Shown: in pieces, positions 20,197-30,339 of the stretch
Numbering within the stretch: the first letter of the stretch is position 1
Layout: each line of letters opens with the position of its first letter
NCBI GenBank assembly: GCA_965209155.1
Contig: OZ242383.1
Span: 160,001-224,000, forward strand
Reading direction: 5' to 3'
Length of the DNA: 64,000 nucleotides
Origin: a bacterium
GTDB taxonomy: Bacteria; SAR324; NAC60-12
Made by a program: the position numbers and the translations under genes
Notes under the pieces: model-generated
Told to the model about the DNA's origin: nothing
The model's input: only the letters and a program-made list of their open reading frames with translations
Databases searched by the model: none

Positions 20197-21246
20197 ATGA
20201 AAACTATCAATATCGGGAGTCATGAAGAAGTCATCATCGAACGATCCGATTATCCGATCGAAAAATGTCATGAAATCCTCAAAGACGAAATCACGGCCAT
20301 CTTAGGTTATGGTCCACAAGGTCGTGGCCAGGGATTGAACATGCGTGACCAGGGTTTTAAAGTAATTTTAGGAATCCGTAAAGGACGTAGCTGGGACAAG
20401 GCGCTTGCGGACGGATGGCAAGAAGGAATCAATTTGTTCGAGGTAGAGGAAGCTGCTCAACGCGGCACTATTATTCAATTTCTGCTCTCCGATGCCGGAC
20501 AAATAGCTACCTGGCCTGCCATTCAGAATTGTCTGGAGGTCGGTAATGCGCTATATTTTTCTCATGGTTTTGGCATTGTCTTTCATGAAGACACGCACAT
20601 CATTCCTCCGGAAAACATCGATGTCATACTGGTTGCCCCAAAGGGAAGCGGACTGACTGTGCGCTCTCATTTTGAAGCAGGACGAGGAATCAATTCCTCT
20701 TGGGCTGTCCACCAGGATTACACAGGAAAGGCAAAAGAACGTTGTATTGCAACTGCTTTTGCCATTGGTTCCGGTCATCTTTTTGAAACTAATTTCAGAA
20801 ATGAAGTCCATAGCGATCTTACAGGCGAACGGTGCGTACTGATGGGTTTGATTCAGGGAGCTTTCCTGGCCCAGTATGAAACCCTGCGGGAAAATGGACA
20901 CTCCCCATCGGAAGCGTATAATGAAACCATAGAAGAAGCATTGGAGAGTCTTTATCCACTGGTCTCGGAAAAAGGAATGGACTGGATGTATTCCAATTGT
21001 TCAACAACGGCTCAACGCGGTGCTTTAGATTGGGCCCCTCGTTTTCGAGACGTACTCAAACCTGTAATCAGTGAATGTTACCGGCGGGTTACCAGTGGCC
21101 AAGAAGCTAAAATCGCCATTGAATCAAATTCCCAGTCGGATTACCGAGAGAAATTGGAGAAAGAACTGGAAGCCGTCAACAATCAAGAAATGTGGCGAGC
21201 TGGACGAATTCTACGTGCCCTGAGACCAGAAAACCTCTTGCAATAA
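20197..21246 (+). CDS. ilvC: Ketol-acid reductoisomerase
   Basis: GYGPQG, VAPKGSG, SDLTGER, NCSTTAQRG. Confidence 0.95.
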   Translation: MKTINIGSHEEVIIERSDYPIEKCHEILKDEITAILGYGPQGRGQGLNMRDQGFKVILGIRKGRSWDKALADGWQEGINLFEVEEAAQRGTIIQFLLSDAGQIATWPAIQNCLEVGNALYFSHGFGIVFHEDTHIIPPENIDVILVAPKGSGLTVRSHFEAGRGINSSWAVHQDYTGKAKERCIATAFAIGSGHLFETNFRNEVHSDLTGERCVLMGLIQGAFLAQYETLRENGHSPSEAYNETIEEALESLYPLVSEKGMDWMYSNCSTTAQRGALDWAPRFRDVLKPVISECYRRVTSGQEAKIAIESNSQSDYREKLEKELEAVNNQEMWRAGRILRALRPENLLQ

Positions 21247-21333
21247 ATAAATGAAAAAATATATTCTCCACTGGTCTTCTGGAAATGTGGTGAAAAATTC
21301 CAAACGCAGTCACTCGCTCCTTTTCGCGAATAA

Positions 21334-21693
21334 ATGGAAAAGCGTGGATCTAAATTAATTGGCGATGGAAAATACTATGAACTACAAGTCTATCGCGGTG
21401 ATGGAAACCTCGAGCACGAAGCGATTCCCTTTTCCGGGATTCTTCGGCAACACTATAATCCTCATATCGTGTTGTTGATCAAAAGTCCATATTATTCTCG
21501 TCAACAAAGCATTGCTTTTGAAATTCGAGTAGATGACATTCTCCACGTCGATGAAATGCCTACAGAAATTGGACCTGATGGTGTGATGGTAGAATATGTC
21601 AAGCTATGGGTTAGAAAAGGGAGTACCATCGTCAAGATGGAACCCATGCGAGTTACTGAAAATGATACAACGCATCCTACTCTAAATCCTTAA
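21334..21693 (+). CDS. Hypothetical protein
   Basis: Clean 119 aa ORF co-oriented between ilvC and rho; no confident family. Confidence 0.7.
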   Translation: MEKRGSKLIGDGKYYELQVYRGDGNLEHEAIPFSGILRQHYNPHIVLLIKSPYYSRQQSIAFEIRVDDILHVDEMPTEIGPDGVMVEYVKLWVRKGSTIVKMEPMRVTENDTTHPTLNP

Positions 21694-21711
21694 ATTCGTC
21701 CTAAAAAATAC

Positions 21712-21741
21712 TTGACAGTTTCTTTCGCAATCAAGCATTAT
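21712..21741 (+). promoter_or_regulatory. Putative rho promoter ahead of a long leader
   Basis: TTGACA-N18-CATTAT about 260 nt upstream of rho. Confidence 0.4.
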
Positions 21742-22002
21742 AAGCACACATCAATATTTTCCTTCCGTGTTGATACTTGAATTTTTTCCCAACTGAATCC
21801 TCTAACACTAACCTGAATTTTATTGATCTAATCTAAACAGATAAGAGTTCAATCCTTTATTGGTGCCTTTTTCAAAGAACTCAATGAATTTTTAGTGAAA
21901 GACTCAAATAAAAAACCAGTGGTTAATTTGTTGAATCAATTGCATCCTTGCATTTGATCCACATTTCCGCTTACTTTAAAAAATTCCAACTGAATCAAAT
22001 AT

Positions 22003-23343
22003 ATGAAAAATCAAGCAACAGCCCGCCGTTATAATAATTTCCGTTCTCAAAACCATTCAGACTCCCACAAATCACAAAACAATGATGTCCCCACGCTCAA
22101 TTTAATTGAGTTAAAACGCAAAGAGATCGCAGAATTGGTCAAAATTGCCAGGGAATACAACATTGAAAATGCCAGCAGTATGCGTCGTCAGGAATTGATT
22201 TTCGGCCTTTTGCAAGCGCAAACCAAACAAAATGGCGTGATATATGGAGAAGGGGTTTTAGAAACCTTGCCTGATGGTTTTGGCTTTCTGCGTGCCCCGG
22301 ATTATAACTACCTTCCAGGTCCGGATGATATTTATGTCTCACCTTCGCAGATCCGACGATTCAATATGAGAACCGGAGATACGATTTCAGGTCATATCCG
22401 CGCCCCGAAGGACAGCGAACGCTATTATGCATTGTTGAAGGTGGAAAATTTGAATTTCGAGACTTCCGAATTCTCTAAAGATAAAATTCTCTTTGATAAT
22501 CTCACTCCCCTTTATCCTGAAAAACGACTGACCCTGGAATGTGGCAAAGAAGCGCTGACGGCACGCTTGATTGATTTGGTGGTTCCGGTCGGAAAGGGAC
22601 AGCGCGGCCTCATCGTTGCACCACCACGTACTGGCAAAACGATGATTTTACAGAATATTGCGAATAGCATTTCCACCAACTATCCTGAAGTTTATTTGAT
22701 AGTCCTGCTGATTGACGAGCGTCCTGAGGAGGTAACCGATATGGAGCGGTCCGTCAAAGGGGAGGTGATCAGCTCGACGTTCGACGAACCTTCTACACGT
22801 CACGTACAAGTGGCAGAGATGGTCATTGAAAAAGCCAAACGATTAGTGGAACATAAAAAAGACGTGGTAATATTGCTCGACTCCCTCACTCGCCTGGCCC
22901 GGGCTTATAATTCGGTAGTCCCTCCCAGTGGTAAAATACTTTCTGGGGGTGTCGATTCCAATGCGCTGCAAAAACCCAAACGATTTTTTGGTGCCGCACG
23001 CAATATTGAAGAAGGGGGTTCTCTCACTATCATCGCGACAGCCTTGATTGATACCGGAAGCCGCATGGATGAAGTGATTTTTGAAGAATTCAAAGGAACA
23101 GGCAATATGGAACTTCACTTGGATCGAAAACTCGTTGAAAAACGAGTCTTTCCTGCCATGGATATCAATAAATCCGGTACTCGTAAAGAAGAACTTCTTA
23201 CCGCGAAAAACGATTTGGACCGCATTTGGGTACTGCGTAAAGTCCTCTCTCAACTAAGCGTAGTCGAATCAATGGAATTCATTCATGAAAAACTGGTTAA
23301 ATTTGATTCAAATGCTCAATTCTTAGATATGATGGACAAATAA
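22003..23343 (+). CDS. rho: Transcription termination factor Rho
   Basis: [30 protein letters not shown]. Confidence 0.98.
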   Translation: MKNQATARRYNNFRSQNHSDSHKSQNNDVPTLNLIELKRKEIAELVKIAREYNIENASSMRRQELIFGLLQAQTKQNGVIYGEGVLETLPDGFGFLRAPDYNYLPGPDDIYVSPSQIRRFNMRTGDTISGHIRAPKDSERYYALLKVENLNFETSEFSKDKILFDNLTPLYPEKRLTLECGKEALTARLIDLVVPVGKGQRGLIVAPPRTGKTMILQNIANSISTNYPEVYLIVLLIDERPEEVTDMERSVKGEVISSTFDEPSTRHVQVAEMVIEKAKRLVEHKKDVVILLDSLTRLARAYNSVVPPSGKILSGGVDSNALQKPKRFFGAARNIEEGGSLTIIATALIDTGSRMDEVIFEEFKGTGNMELHLDRKLVEKRVFPAMDINKSGTRKEELLTAKNDLDRIWVLRKVLSQLSVVESMEFIHEKLVKFDSNAQFLDMMDK

Positions 23344-23406
23344 AGTAATCCAGTCTACTATAGCATTTTATGTTTATCCTCCAGTCCTGTTATTCTAAAA
23401 GACTCT

Positions 23407-23616
23407 ATGAAAAGCAAAATTCACCCTGACTACCAACCCACCGTGTTTCGTTGCAGCTGTGGCAATGTTTTGGAAACTTCCTCGAGCCTTGGGGGAGAGC
23501 ACCATATTGAAATTTGCTCCAAATGTCATCCATTCTTCAGTGGTAAAGAAAGAACTTTGATTGACACGGCAGGTCGTATTGAAAAGTTCAATCGCCGTTA
23601 CAAGCGGGCTTCTTAA
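23407..23616 (+). CDS. rpmE: 50S ribosomal protein L31 (Zn-binding type)
   Basis: IHPDY, CSCG, CSKCHPFF, GRIEKF. Confidence 0.96.
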   Translation: MKSKIHPDYQPTVFRCSCGNVLETSSSLGGEHHIEICSKCHPFFSGKERTLIDTAGRIEKFNRRYKRAS

Positions 23617-23655
23617 ATTGTTGCCAGATGCAAATGCGTATCGCTGAGAAGGCCT

Positions 23656-24720
23656 ATGTGGGACAAATTGAAAAACCTGAAAACTCGATATGAACAGCTC
23701 ACGCATACCTTGACACTGGCGGAAATTCTGAACGATCCGGAACAATACCGGCATGTGAGCAAAGAGCATGCCGATCTTGCAGAGTTGGTCCGAGCCTATG
23801 ATGACTACGCAACCTTGCAGGCAGAATTACAAGCAAATCAAGAAATCATAGCCGACCCTCGAGAAGATCCGGAATTACATGAAATGGCGCAGCAGGAAAT
23901 TGAATTGCTGTCCCAGAAGATTGAAACCCTGGAAAACAAAACAAAACTGCTCCTGCTTCCTAAAGATCCCGATGATGCCCGAGACACTATTCTCGAAATA
24001 AGAGCCGGTACTGGAGGAGAGGAGGCTGCACTCTTTGTTTCGGATTTGTTTCGCATGTATATTCGTTATGCGGAATTGAGAAAATGGCGTTTGCAAATCA
24101 TTGAACAACACGAAACCGATATTGGGGGATTCAAAGAGATCATTGTCGCTATCGAAGGCAAAGATGTTTACAGTCGCTTGAAATTTGAAGGTGGCGTCCA
24201 TCGCGTACAACGCATCCCCAGAACCGAAACTCAAGGGCGGGTTCATACTTCTGCTGCAACTGTTGCGGTTTTACCTGAAGTGGCAGATGTTGAAATCGAT
24301 ATCAATCCCAGCGACGTCCGGGTTGACGTCTTTCGTTCCTCCGGTCCTGGAGGACAAAGCGTTAATACGACCGATTCGGCGGTACGTATCACCCATTTGC
24401 CAACAGGTTTGGTTGTTACTTGCCAAAATGAAAAATCTCAACTGAAAAATAAAAACCAGGCATTAAAAGTGTTGAGGGCTCGTCTTTATGAAAACGAAAT
24501 GAGAGCGCAGCAGGATTCCACCGCGGTGCGTCGAAAAAATATGGTTGGCAGTGGCGATCGCAGTGAACGGATTCGAACTTACAATTTCCCACAAGGTCGT
24601 GTTACCGACCATCGAGTGAATCTCACTTTATACCAGTTGGAAAACGTCCTCATGGGAAATATGGATCTAATTGTCGATACCTTACTGACTCACCATCAAA
24701 CAGAACTTCTCAAAAAATGA
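23656..24720 (+). CDS. prfA: Peptide chain release factor 1
   Basis: PxT (PRT) motif, GGQ, RIRTYNFPQGR. Confidence 0.97.
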   Translation: MWDKLKNLKTRYEQLTHTLTLAEILNDPEQYRHVSKEHADLAELVRAYDDYATLQAELQANQEIIADPREDPELHEMAQQEIELLSQKIETLENKTKLLLLPKDPDDARDTILEIRAGTGGEEAALFVSDLFRMYIRYAELRKWRLQIIEQHETDIGGFKEIIVAIEGKDVYSRLKFEGGVHRVQRIPRTETQGRVHTSAATVAVLPEVADVEIDINPSDVRVDVFRSSGPGGQSVNTTDSAVRITHLPTGLVVTCQNEKSQLKNKNQALKVLRARLYENEMRAQQDSTAVRRKNMVGSGDRSERIRTYNFPQGRVTDHRVNLTLYQLENVLMGNMDLIVDTLLTHHQTELLKK

Positions 24721-24880
24721 TATGAAAGGCCACTCCTTGATGAATTGATCGCTCACAATCTCATTGAGGCAAGTGTTTAAACCCATTCGCCAACTTCCCC
24801 GGTAATAAGAAGACCAGAAGATTCTATCTCAAGAAACAAAAGCCCATTTTACCTGTCCACGGGTAATTCATACTCAACGA

Positions 24881-27202
24881 TTAAAACAAAGACATCTGTC
24901 GATTGGCTCCGATGGTTTCATCAAAATCGAGGCCGAGCATGGCAAGTACCGGTTCTGCCACAGGTCTTACTTGTTTGTCGAGATAGTGTTCGTGATCCGG
25001 CTTGTTTTGCAATGCGTCCAGGGGTTCGGGGCCGGCAACGGTCATCAGGTAGGAAATGACGCGACCCGGACTGCGGGATTTACGAGCTGCGGCGACGTGT
25101 GGTGGCGTATTGGCAGTGTAGGCTGAGAGACTCTTTCTCAGTCCTTTGTGGTAAACCAGCTTATGGTCGAGTTCGCCTTTGCGCAGTGAGGTTGTGATAT
25201 TCGTGAGATAGTCGTCGACGGGTTCGTCTGCGAAAAGTCTCTTGTATAGTTCACGCTGGATGTCCTTGGCGAGTTCCGTCCAATCGCGGCGCACGACTTC
25301 CATTCCGGTAAATTCGACCTCATTGTAACCATCAACCAGCCCGGCATAACGTTTTCTCGCGCCAGCAGCACCATGGCGAACAGAGGGCAGGAAAAGCTTC
25401 AGGTATAGTTTTTCAAATTCCATTTCCAGGCGACTCGTCACTTGCCAGGTTGCTTCAATATAATTCGCGATCGCCTCGTTCAATTCGACCGACAAGCGTC
25501 CTCCCGCATTCCGGGCATCCTCCAAGCGCATCCCGGAGCCCACGAAGACACTGTCGGTGTCTCCATAAAGCACGGAAAAACCTCGCTCTTCAAACCAGCG
25601 CTTCGACCATTGCAGGAGGTGACGACCCGTACCAGTGACGGCATTGGCGATGGCGACATTGTGGAACCGGCAGGCTGGTGTACCGAGAACACCATAAAAA
25701 GAGTTCATGAGGATCTTGATGGCTTGGGAAGCTATCGCATCGCCGTTTTGTTTGGCCGCTTCCCTTTGCGGAAACAACTCATCGAGCATCTCCGGCAAAA
25801 TAGCGCTACAACGGCGAAAAGCGGCATCGTCGGTGACTCTGACGACCTCATCGTCGGACTCTTGAATCGTCACAAAGCCCAAGGGATCAATGTTGAAGGT
25901 ACGGATCACACTCGGATACAGACTTTTGAAATCGAACACCCACACATTTTCGTGGATACCCGTGACCGGTTCGAAGACGTGACCCCCGGCTTGATGGCGA
26001 GAAACACGGTTGTCTCCGGAACGTACGCTTGGTGCGACGATTTTGCGTTTGCCAAGCGCCGCAAGGTAGCGGAAATCGAAGGAAGCGATGCTGGCAGCAA
26101 CTCGATCCGGTGTCATACCCGTTAACTTACTGCGAGCGATGGCCAGCGTGACAAGATTGAGTTTTTCCACGATTTCGAGAGCTAAACGAGCATCGGTACG
26201 GGCGTATTCCGCAAAAGTGTCCAAATCATTTCGATAGCGAGTCAGGATATCCTCGGCACGATTGGCAGTGTTCCCAATTTCGACCTTTCCTTCGCCCAGG
26301 ACCTCACCGGCGACATTGTTCAGAGAATAATCGTCGAAGCGTATGAATGCGCCCCGTACAAGATCGATACCGTCCAGTACCAAGCGACCGGGAATGGACG
26401 CTTGACCACCGCCGAAGTAGCCCTGTGGTGGGCGTAGTCGAATTGGACCCGCATCTCTGCCAATCTGTATTGACATACGTAGACCTTTGGCAATTTGTTC
26501 AAGTACCTTGAGGTCAAAGTCAATCACATTCCACCCGGTGAGTACATCCGGATCCAATTCGTGGATTCGGGAGATAAAGGCTTCGAGCACTCGGCTTTCG
26601 TTACTGAAACCAATAGCCTTCTCTGGCATGGGCCTTTTCTTCGCATCGACAATGTAAACTTCGTCGACGCCTATTCCGTAAAGTGCAATGGCGAGCAGTC
26701 TATTGGCGGAGGGATTCGTTTCGATGTCGAAAGACAATACAGTTGGTTCCACTTTCACCTCTGCGGAGCGGAGTTTCGGATTGTCGTAAATTCGAGAAAT
26801 TTGCTCACCAGTTGTCCAAACACCTGTGATTTCGCATCCCCCCCGAATATCGCGATCAATTAAATAACGTATTGCGAAACGAACGTCTGCTTCGAATGTA
26901 TCGATTTGGTTTGCTTCCAAGCGCTCACGTATCGACGGTAAATCCCGGGGCAGGTCGAAATCGACGCGTAGCACGGTATCGCCGTTAAATGTCTGGAACC
27001 CGGTTTCGACCTGACGTGAAGCACCTAAACGCTTAGCATGCGCCGAGTCCCTTTGGCGAATGTATAAATGCGGGACCTGGTTGTGGTCTCGTACCAGAAA
27101 AGTACCACCGCTTTCCAGAATACCATAAAGATATACGACTGGGATGTTGTCATGGAGACGATAACTGGCCTGAAAAATAAATCCACGAACCGGATCAGTC
27201 AT
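24881..27202 (-). CDS. polB: DNA polymerase II (family B)
   Basis: SFDIET, DFKSLYPS, KILMNSFYG, YGDTDS, KRYAG; start at MTDPV. Confidence 0.95.
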   Translation of the reverse strand: MTDPVRGFIFQASYRLHDNIPVVYLYGILESGGTFLVRDHNQVPHLYIRQRDSAHAKRLGASRQVETGFQTFNGDTVLRVDFDLPRDLPSIRERLEANQIDTFEADVRFAIRYLIDRDIRGGCEITGVWTTGEQISRIYDNPKLRSAEVKVEPTVLSFDIETNPSANRLLAIALYGIGVDEVYIVDAKKRPMPEKAIGFSNESRVLEAFISRIHELDPDVLTGWNVIDFDLKVLEQIAKGLRMSIQIGRDAGPIRLRPPQGYFGGGQASIPGRLVLDGIDLVRGAFIRFDDYSLNNVAGEVLGEGKVEIGNTANRAEDILTRYRNDLDTFAEYARTDARLALEIVEKLNLVTLAIARSKLTGMTPDRVAASIASFDFRYLAALGKRKIVAPSVRSGDNRVSRHQAGGHVFEPVTGIHENVWVFDFKSLYPSVIRTFNIDPLGFVTIQESDDEVVRVTDDAAFRRCSAILPEMLDELFPQREAAKQNGDAIASQAIKILMNSFYGVLGTPACRFHNVAIANAVTGTGRHLLQWSKRWFEERGFSVLYGDTDSVFVGSGMRLEDARNAGGRLSVELNEAIANYIEATWQVTSRLEMEFEKLYLKLFLPSVRHGAAGARKRYAGLVDGYNEVEFTGMEVVRRDWTELAKDIQRELYKRLFADEPVDDYLTNITTSLRKGELDHKLVYHKGLRKSLSAYTANTPPHVAAARKSRSPGRVISYLMTVAGPEPLDALQNKPDHEHYLDKQVRPVAEPVLAMLGLDFDETIGANRQMSLF

Positions 27203-27336
27203 ACCAAAATCCCACAATATAATGACTAAAACAAATTTCACTTGAAAAAGAGGTTGCTTTGAAATATCATTAACATCTCCTGAAATCTTTCTTATCATGA
27301 GAATAAATTGTTATCCAAAGAAAAAAGAGTTGGAGC

Positions 27337-27927
27337 ATGAGCAAAAGTAAAAAAAAATCCTCTAAAGACGCAAGAAACCTGGTTGCGAAACAGGAACGGA
27401 CAGTCCGCAAAAAAGTCAGACGAAAAAAACATCTACGACCCAACCAAAGCGAGGCATGGCGGCATTCCACTGAAATTGCGGAATCATATCAAGCAGGTAA
27501 ATCCCTTCGAGAACTCGTGCTGTGGGTGAAATCGACTTACCAGATCACGGTATCTCACCAAACCATTAGTGAAATTCTCAAAGCCGAAGGATTGAGCCTT
27601 CGCTCGAGAGGGGGGGCAAAAAAATCACCCATCTGGGAGCATGCCAATGAAATTGCTGAGGAATACAAGCGGGGTGGAACATCCACTGTGAAACTTGCTG
27701 CTAAATATGGCTCTTCTCCCGCCAACATTGCCACCATTCTCAGGTCTGAAGGAGTCAAACTCTATCCATTCAGTGGGCGCAAAATTTCGAAAGCCTGGAA
27801 ACTGGAAAGTGAAATAATCAATGATTATTTTCAGAAAAAGATACCTCAGCAAAAATTGGCTGCTAAATACTCCTGTTCATTAACAACCATCGGAAAGATT
27901 CTCGGAAAGGTAAAAAAAAATAAGTAA
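27337..27927 (+). CDS. Basic protein with three tandem HTH-like repeats
   Basis: Three W-x4-EI-x3-Y ... LAAKY ... TI-x2-IL units; Lys/Arg-rich N terminus. Confidence 0.7.
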   Translation: MSKSKKKSSKDARNLVAKQERTVRKKVRRKKHLRPNQSEAWRHSTEIAESYQAGKSLRELVLWVKSTYQITVSHQTISEILKAEGLSLRSRGGAKKSPIWEHANEIAEEYKRGGTSTVKLAAKYGSSPANIATILRSEGVKLYPFSGRKISKAWKLESEIINDYFQKKIPQQKLAAKYSCSLTTIGKILGKVKKNK

Positions 27928-28079
27928 TCCGAATGAGCTCATAATCACGCAATATATAAGAAATTCAATTCAGACCCTGTGATTCCGAAACCCAGAAGAC
28001 ACAATCTCCCTTCATGAAGAATGGTGGACGCGCATCGCGTCGACATCAGGATTCAGAACAGGAACTTCCAGAAAAATTC

Positions 28080-29669
28080 ATGTCCTCACCTTTCAAACTT
28101 CACACCCATGGCATTCACGTGGACTCCCTTGTGCGCAACGCCTCCCCTGCGACTTTGTATGAAGAAGCGATCAAATACGAAAAAAAGTCTGCAATCTCCA
28201 GTACAGGAGCGTTGATCGTTTCCTCCGGAGAAAAAACCGGAAGGAGTCCTAAGGACAAAAGGGTCGTCAAAGGACCTGAAAGTAAGCAGCACATTTGGTG
28301 GGGAAATATCAATATTGCATTGGATGAGCATACCTTTCAGATCAACCAGGCACGAGCCATCGATTATTTAAATACCCGTGAGCGACTTTATGTATGCGAT
28401 GGATTTGCTGGTTGGGATCCCAAGTATCGCATCAAGATACGGATTATTTGTTCCCGTCCCTACCATGCGCTTTTTATGCGCAACATGCTCATTCGCCCCT
28501 CCCCGGAAGAATTGGCCAATTTCGGAGAAGCGGACTATACCGTGTACAATGCAGGCGAATTTCCTGCGAATAAATTTACCTCTCAAATGACCTCTGCGAC
28601 CAGTATCGACGTTAATTTTGAAAGCAGGGAATTTGTCATTCTGGGAACTCAATATGCGGGTGAAATGAAGAAGGGGGTTTTCACCATCATGAACTACCTC
28701 ATGCCCAAACAAGACGTATTGTCGATGCATTGCTCCGCCAACGAAGGTGCCAATGGTGAGGTTGCCTTATTTTTCGGTCTTTCCGGTACGGGGAAAACCA
28801 CCCTTTCCGCAACCTCCGAGCGCCGGCTTATTGGGGATGACGAACACTGCTGGAGTGAAGAGGGTATTTTCAACATTGAAGGAGGTTGCTACGCCAAATG
28901 TATCGGACTTCAGGAGGAAGAGGAGCCTGAAATTTTTCGTGCCATTCGTTTTGGCAGTGTTCTCGAAAACGTGGTTTATGATCCCCGGACCCGGGAGGTG
29001 GACTACATGGGCAGCGCCATCACAGAAAACACCCGGGCTTCCTATCCGATCGAATATGTATCCCATGCCAAAATCCCCTGTATCGCTGGGCACCCCAAAA
29101 ACGTGATTTTTCTCACTTGTGATGCTTTTGGCGTGTTGCCTCCCGTGAGCAAGTTGACTCCAGCGCAAGCTATGTACCATTTCATCAGTGGTTATACCGC
29201 CAAAGTGGCGGGAACTGAAATGGGTGTGAAGGAACCACAAGCAACCTTTTCCGCATGTTTCGGTGCTGCCTTCCTCGTCTGGCACCCAACTAAATACGCC
29301 GAACTATTGGCAGCGCGTATTCGACAGACCGGCGCGCAGGTCTGGTTGGTCAACACGGGATGGTCCGGTGGACCATATGGCGTCGGTTCTCGTATGAAGC
29401 TCTCCATCACTCGTACCATTATAGCAGCGATTCTCCAAGGTACTCTCAACAATCAACCCACTGAAACTGATGCCATTTTTGGATATGAAGTGCTCACCCG
29501 TTGCCCCGGAGTTCCCGATGAGGTCATGCTTCCCAAAAACAGCTGGAACGATCCGGATGCTTATGACCGACAAGCTGAGAAGTTGGTTACTTTGTTTCAA
29601 GAAAACTTCAGCTCCTACGAACAAAGCGCCAGTACGGAAATCCTTGCGGCCGGACCCAAACTCCCCTGA
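28080..29669 (+). CDS. pckA: PEP carboxykinase (ATP)
   Basis: [29 protein letters not shown]. Confidence 0.97.
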   Translation: MSSPFKLHTHGIHVDSLVRNASPATLYEEAIKYEKKSAISSTGALIVSSGEKTGRSPKDKRVVKGPESKQHIWWGNINIALDEHTFQINQARAIDYLNTRERLYVCDGFAGWDPKYRIKIRIICSRPYHALFMRNMLIRPSPEELANFGEADYTVYNAGEFPANKFTSQMTSATSIDVNFESREFVILGTQYAGEMKKGVFTIMNYLMPKQDVLSMHCSANEGANGEVALFFGLSGTGKTTLSATSERRLIGDDEHCWSEEGIFNIEGGCYAKCIGLQEEEEPEIFRAIRFGSVLENVVYDPRTREVDYMGSAITENTRASYPIEYVSHAKIPCIAGHPKNVIFLTCDAFGVLPPVSKLTPAQAMYHFISGYTAKVAGTEMGVKEPQATFSACFGAAFLVWHPTKYAELLAARIRQTGAQVWLVNTGWSGGPYGVGSRMKLSITRTIIAAILQGTLNNQPTETDAIFGYEVLTRCPGVPDEVMLPKNSWNDPDAYDRQAEKLVTLFQENFSSYEQSASTEILAAGPKLP

Positions 29670-29738
29670 AAATTAACGCTGACTGAATCTTTTGTCATCT
29701 ACAGAGTTCAAGCATACAAAAAAAGTTTGATTTTTGAG

Positions 29739-29919
29739 ATTACTTATGTAATTCTAATAAAAAGATTACAAACGAAATCATATTTCTCCACGACAAAAAA
29801 TAACTATTCAATATCTCATAAAATTTTTTTCAAAATCAGAAAAAAAATTAAATCCAATAAAAAATACTTGTTTTTCATGATTACTTGTGTAATTCTTAAT
29901 AAATGATTACAAAAGTAAT
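29739..29919. promoter_or_regulatory. Four BlaI/MecI/CopY-type operator palindromes in two duplicated pairs
   Basis: ATTAC-N4-GTAAT at 29739, 29765 (one mismatch), 29880 and 29906. Confidence 0.75.
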
Positions 29920-29944
29920 CAGGCATGAAAAGTAACAAACAGAA

Positions 29945-30319
29945 ATGAGGAAGATGACAAAGAAGATCAGCAATGCAGAGCGTGAAGTGATGGAGGTGCT
30001 ATGGGAAAAATCACCGCAATCGGCCCAGGAGGTGATTGAAACCCTTGCTCCTCAGAAGGATTGGCAGGCCAAGACGGTGAAGACGCTGTTGAATCGTTTG
30101 TTAAAGAAAAAGATTTTAGGGTTCAAAAAGGACAAGAGGAAGTATCTGTATTATCCCATGGTCTGTCGAAAAGTGTATCTGCATTTGGAAAGTAGAAATT
30201 TTCTGCAGAATTGGTTTGGCGGAAAAATCTCCCCGCTGCTCACCAGTTTTGCCGAACAAGAATTATTAACGAAGCAAGAAATTGAGGAATTGAAGATTCT
30301 GTTAGAAAAAATGGATTGA
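29945..30319 (+). CDS. BlaI/MecI/CopY family repressor
   Basis: ISNAEREVMEVLW, WQAKTVKTLLNRL..K, YYP, FGG. Confidence 0.93.
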   Translation: MRKMTKKISNAEREVMEVLWEKSPQSAQEVIETLAPQKDWQAKTVKTLLNRLLKKKILGFKKDKRKYLYYPMVCRKVYLHLESRNFLQNWFGGKISPLLTSFAEQELLTKQEIEELKILLEKMD

Positions 30320-30339
30320 TCCCTTGAGGAGGTGTTGAA

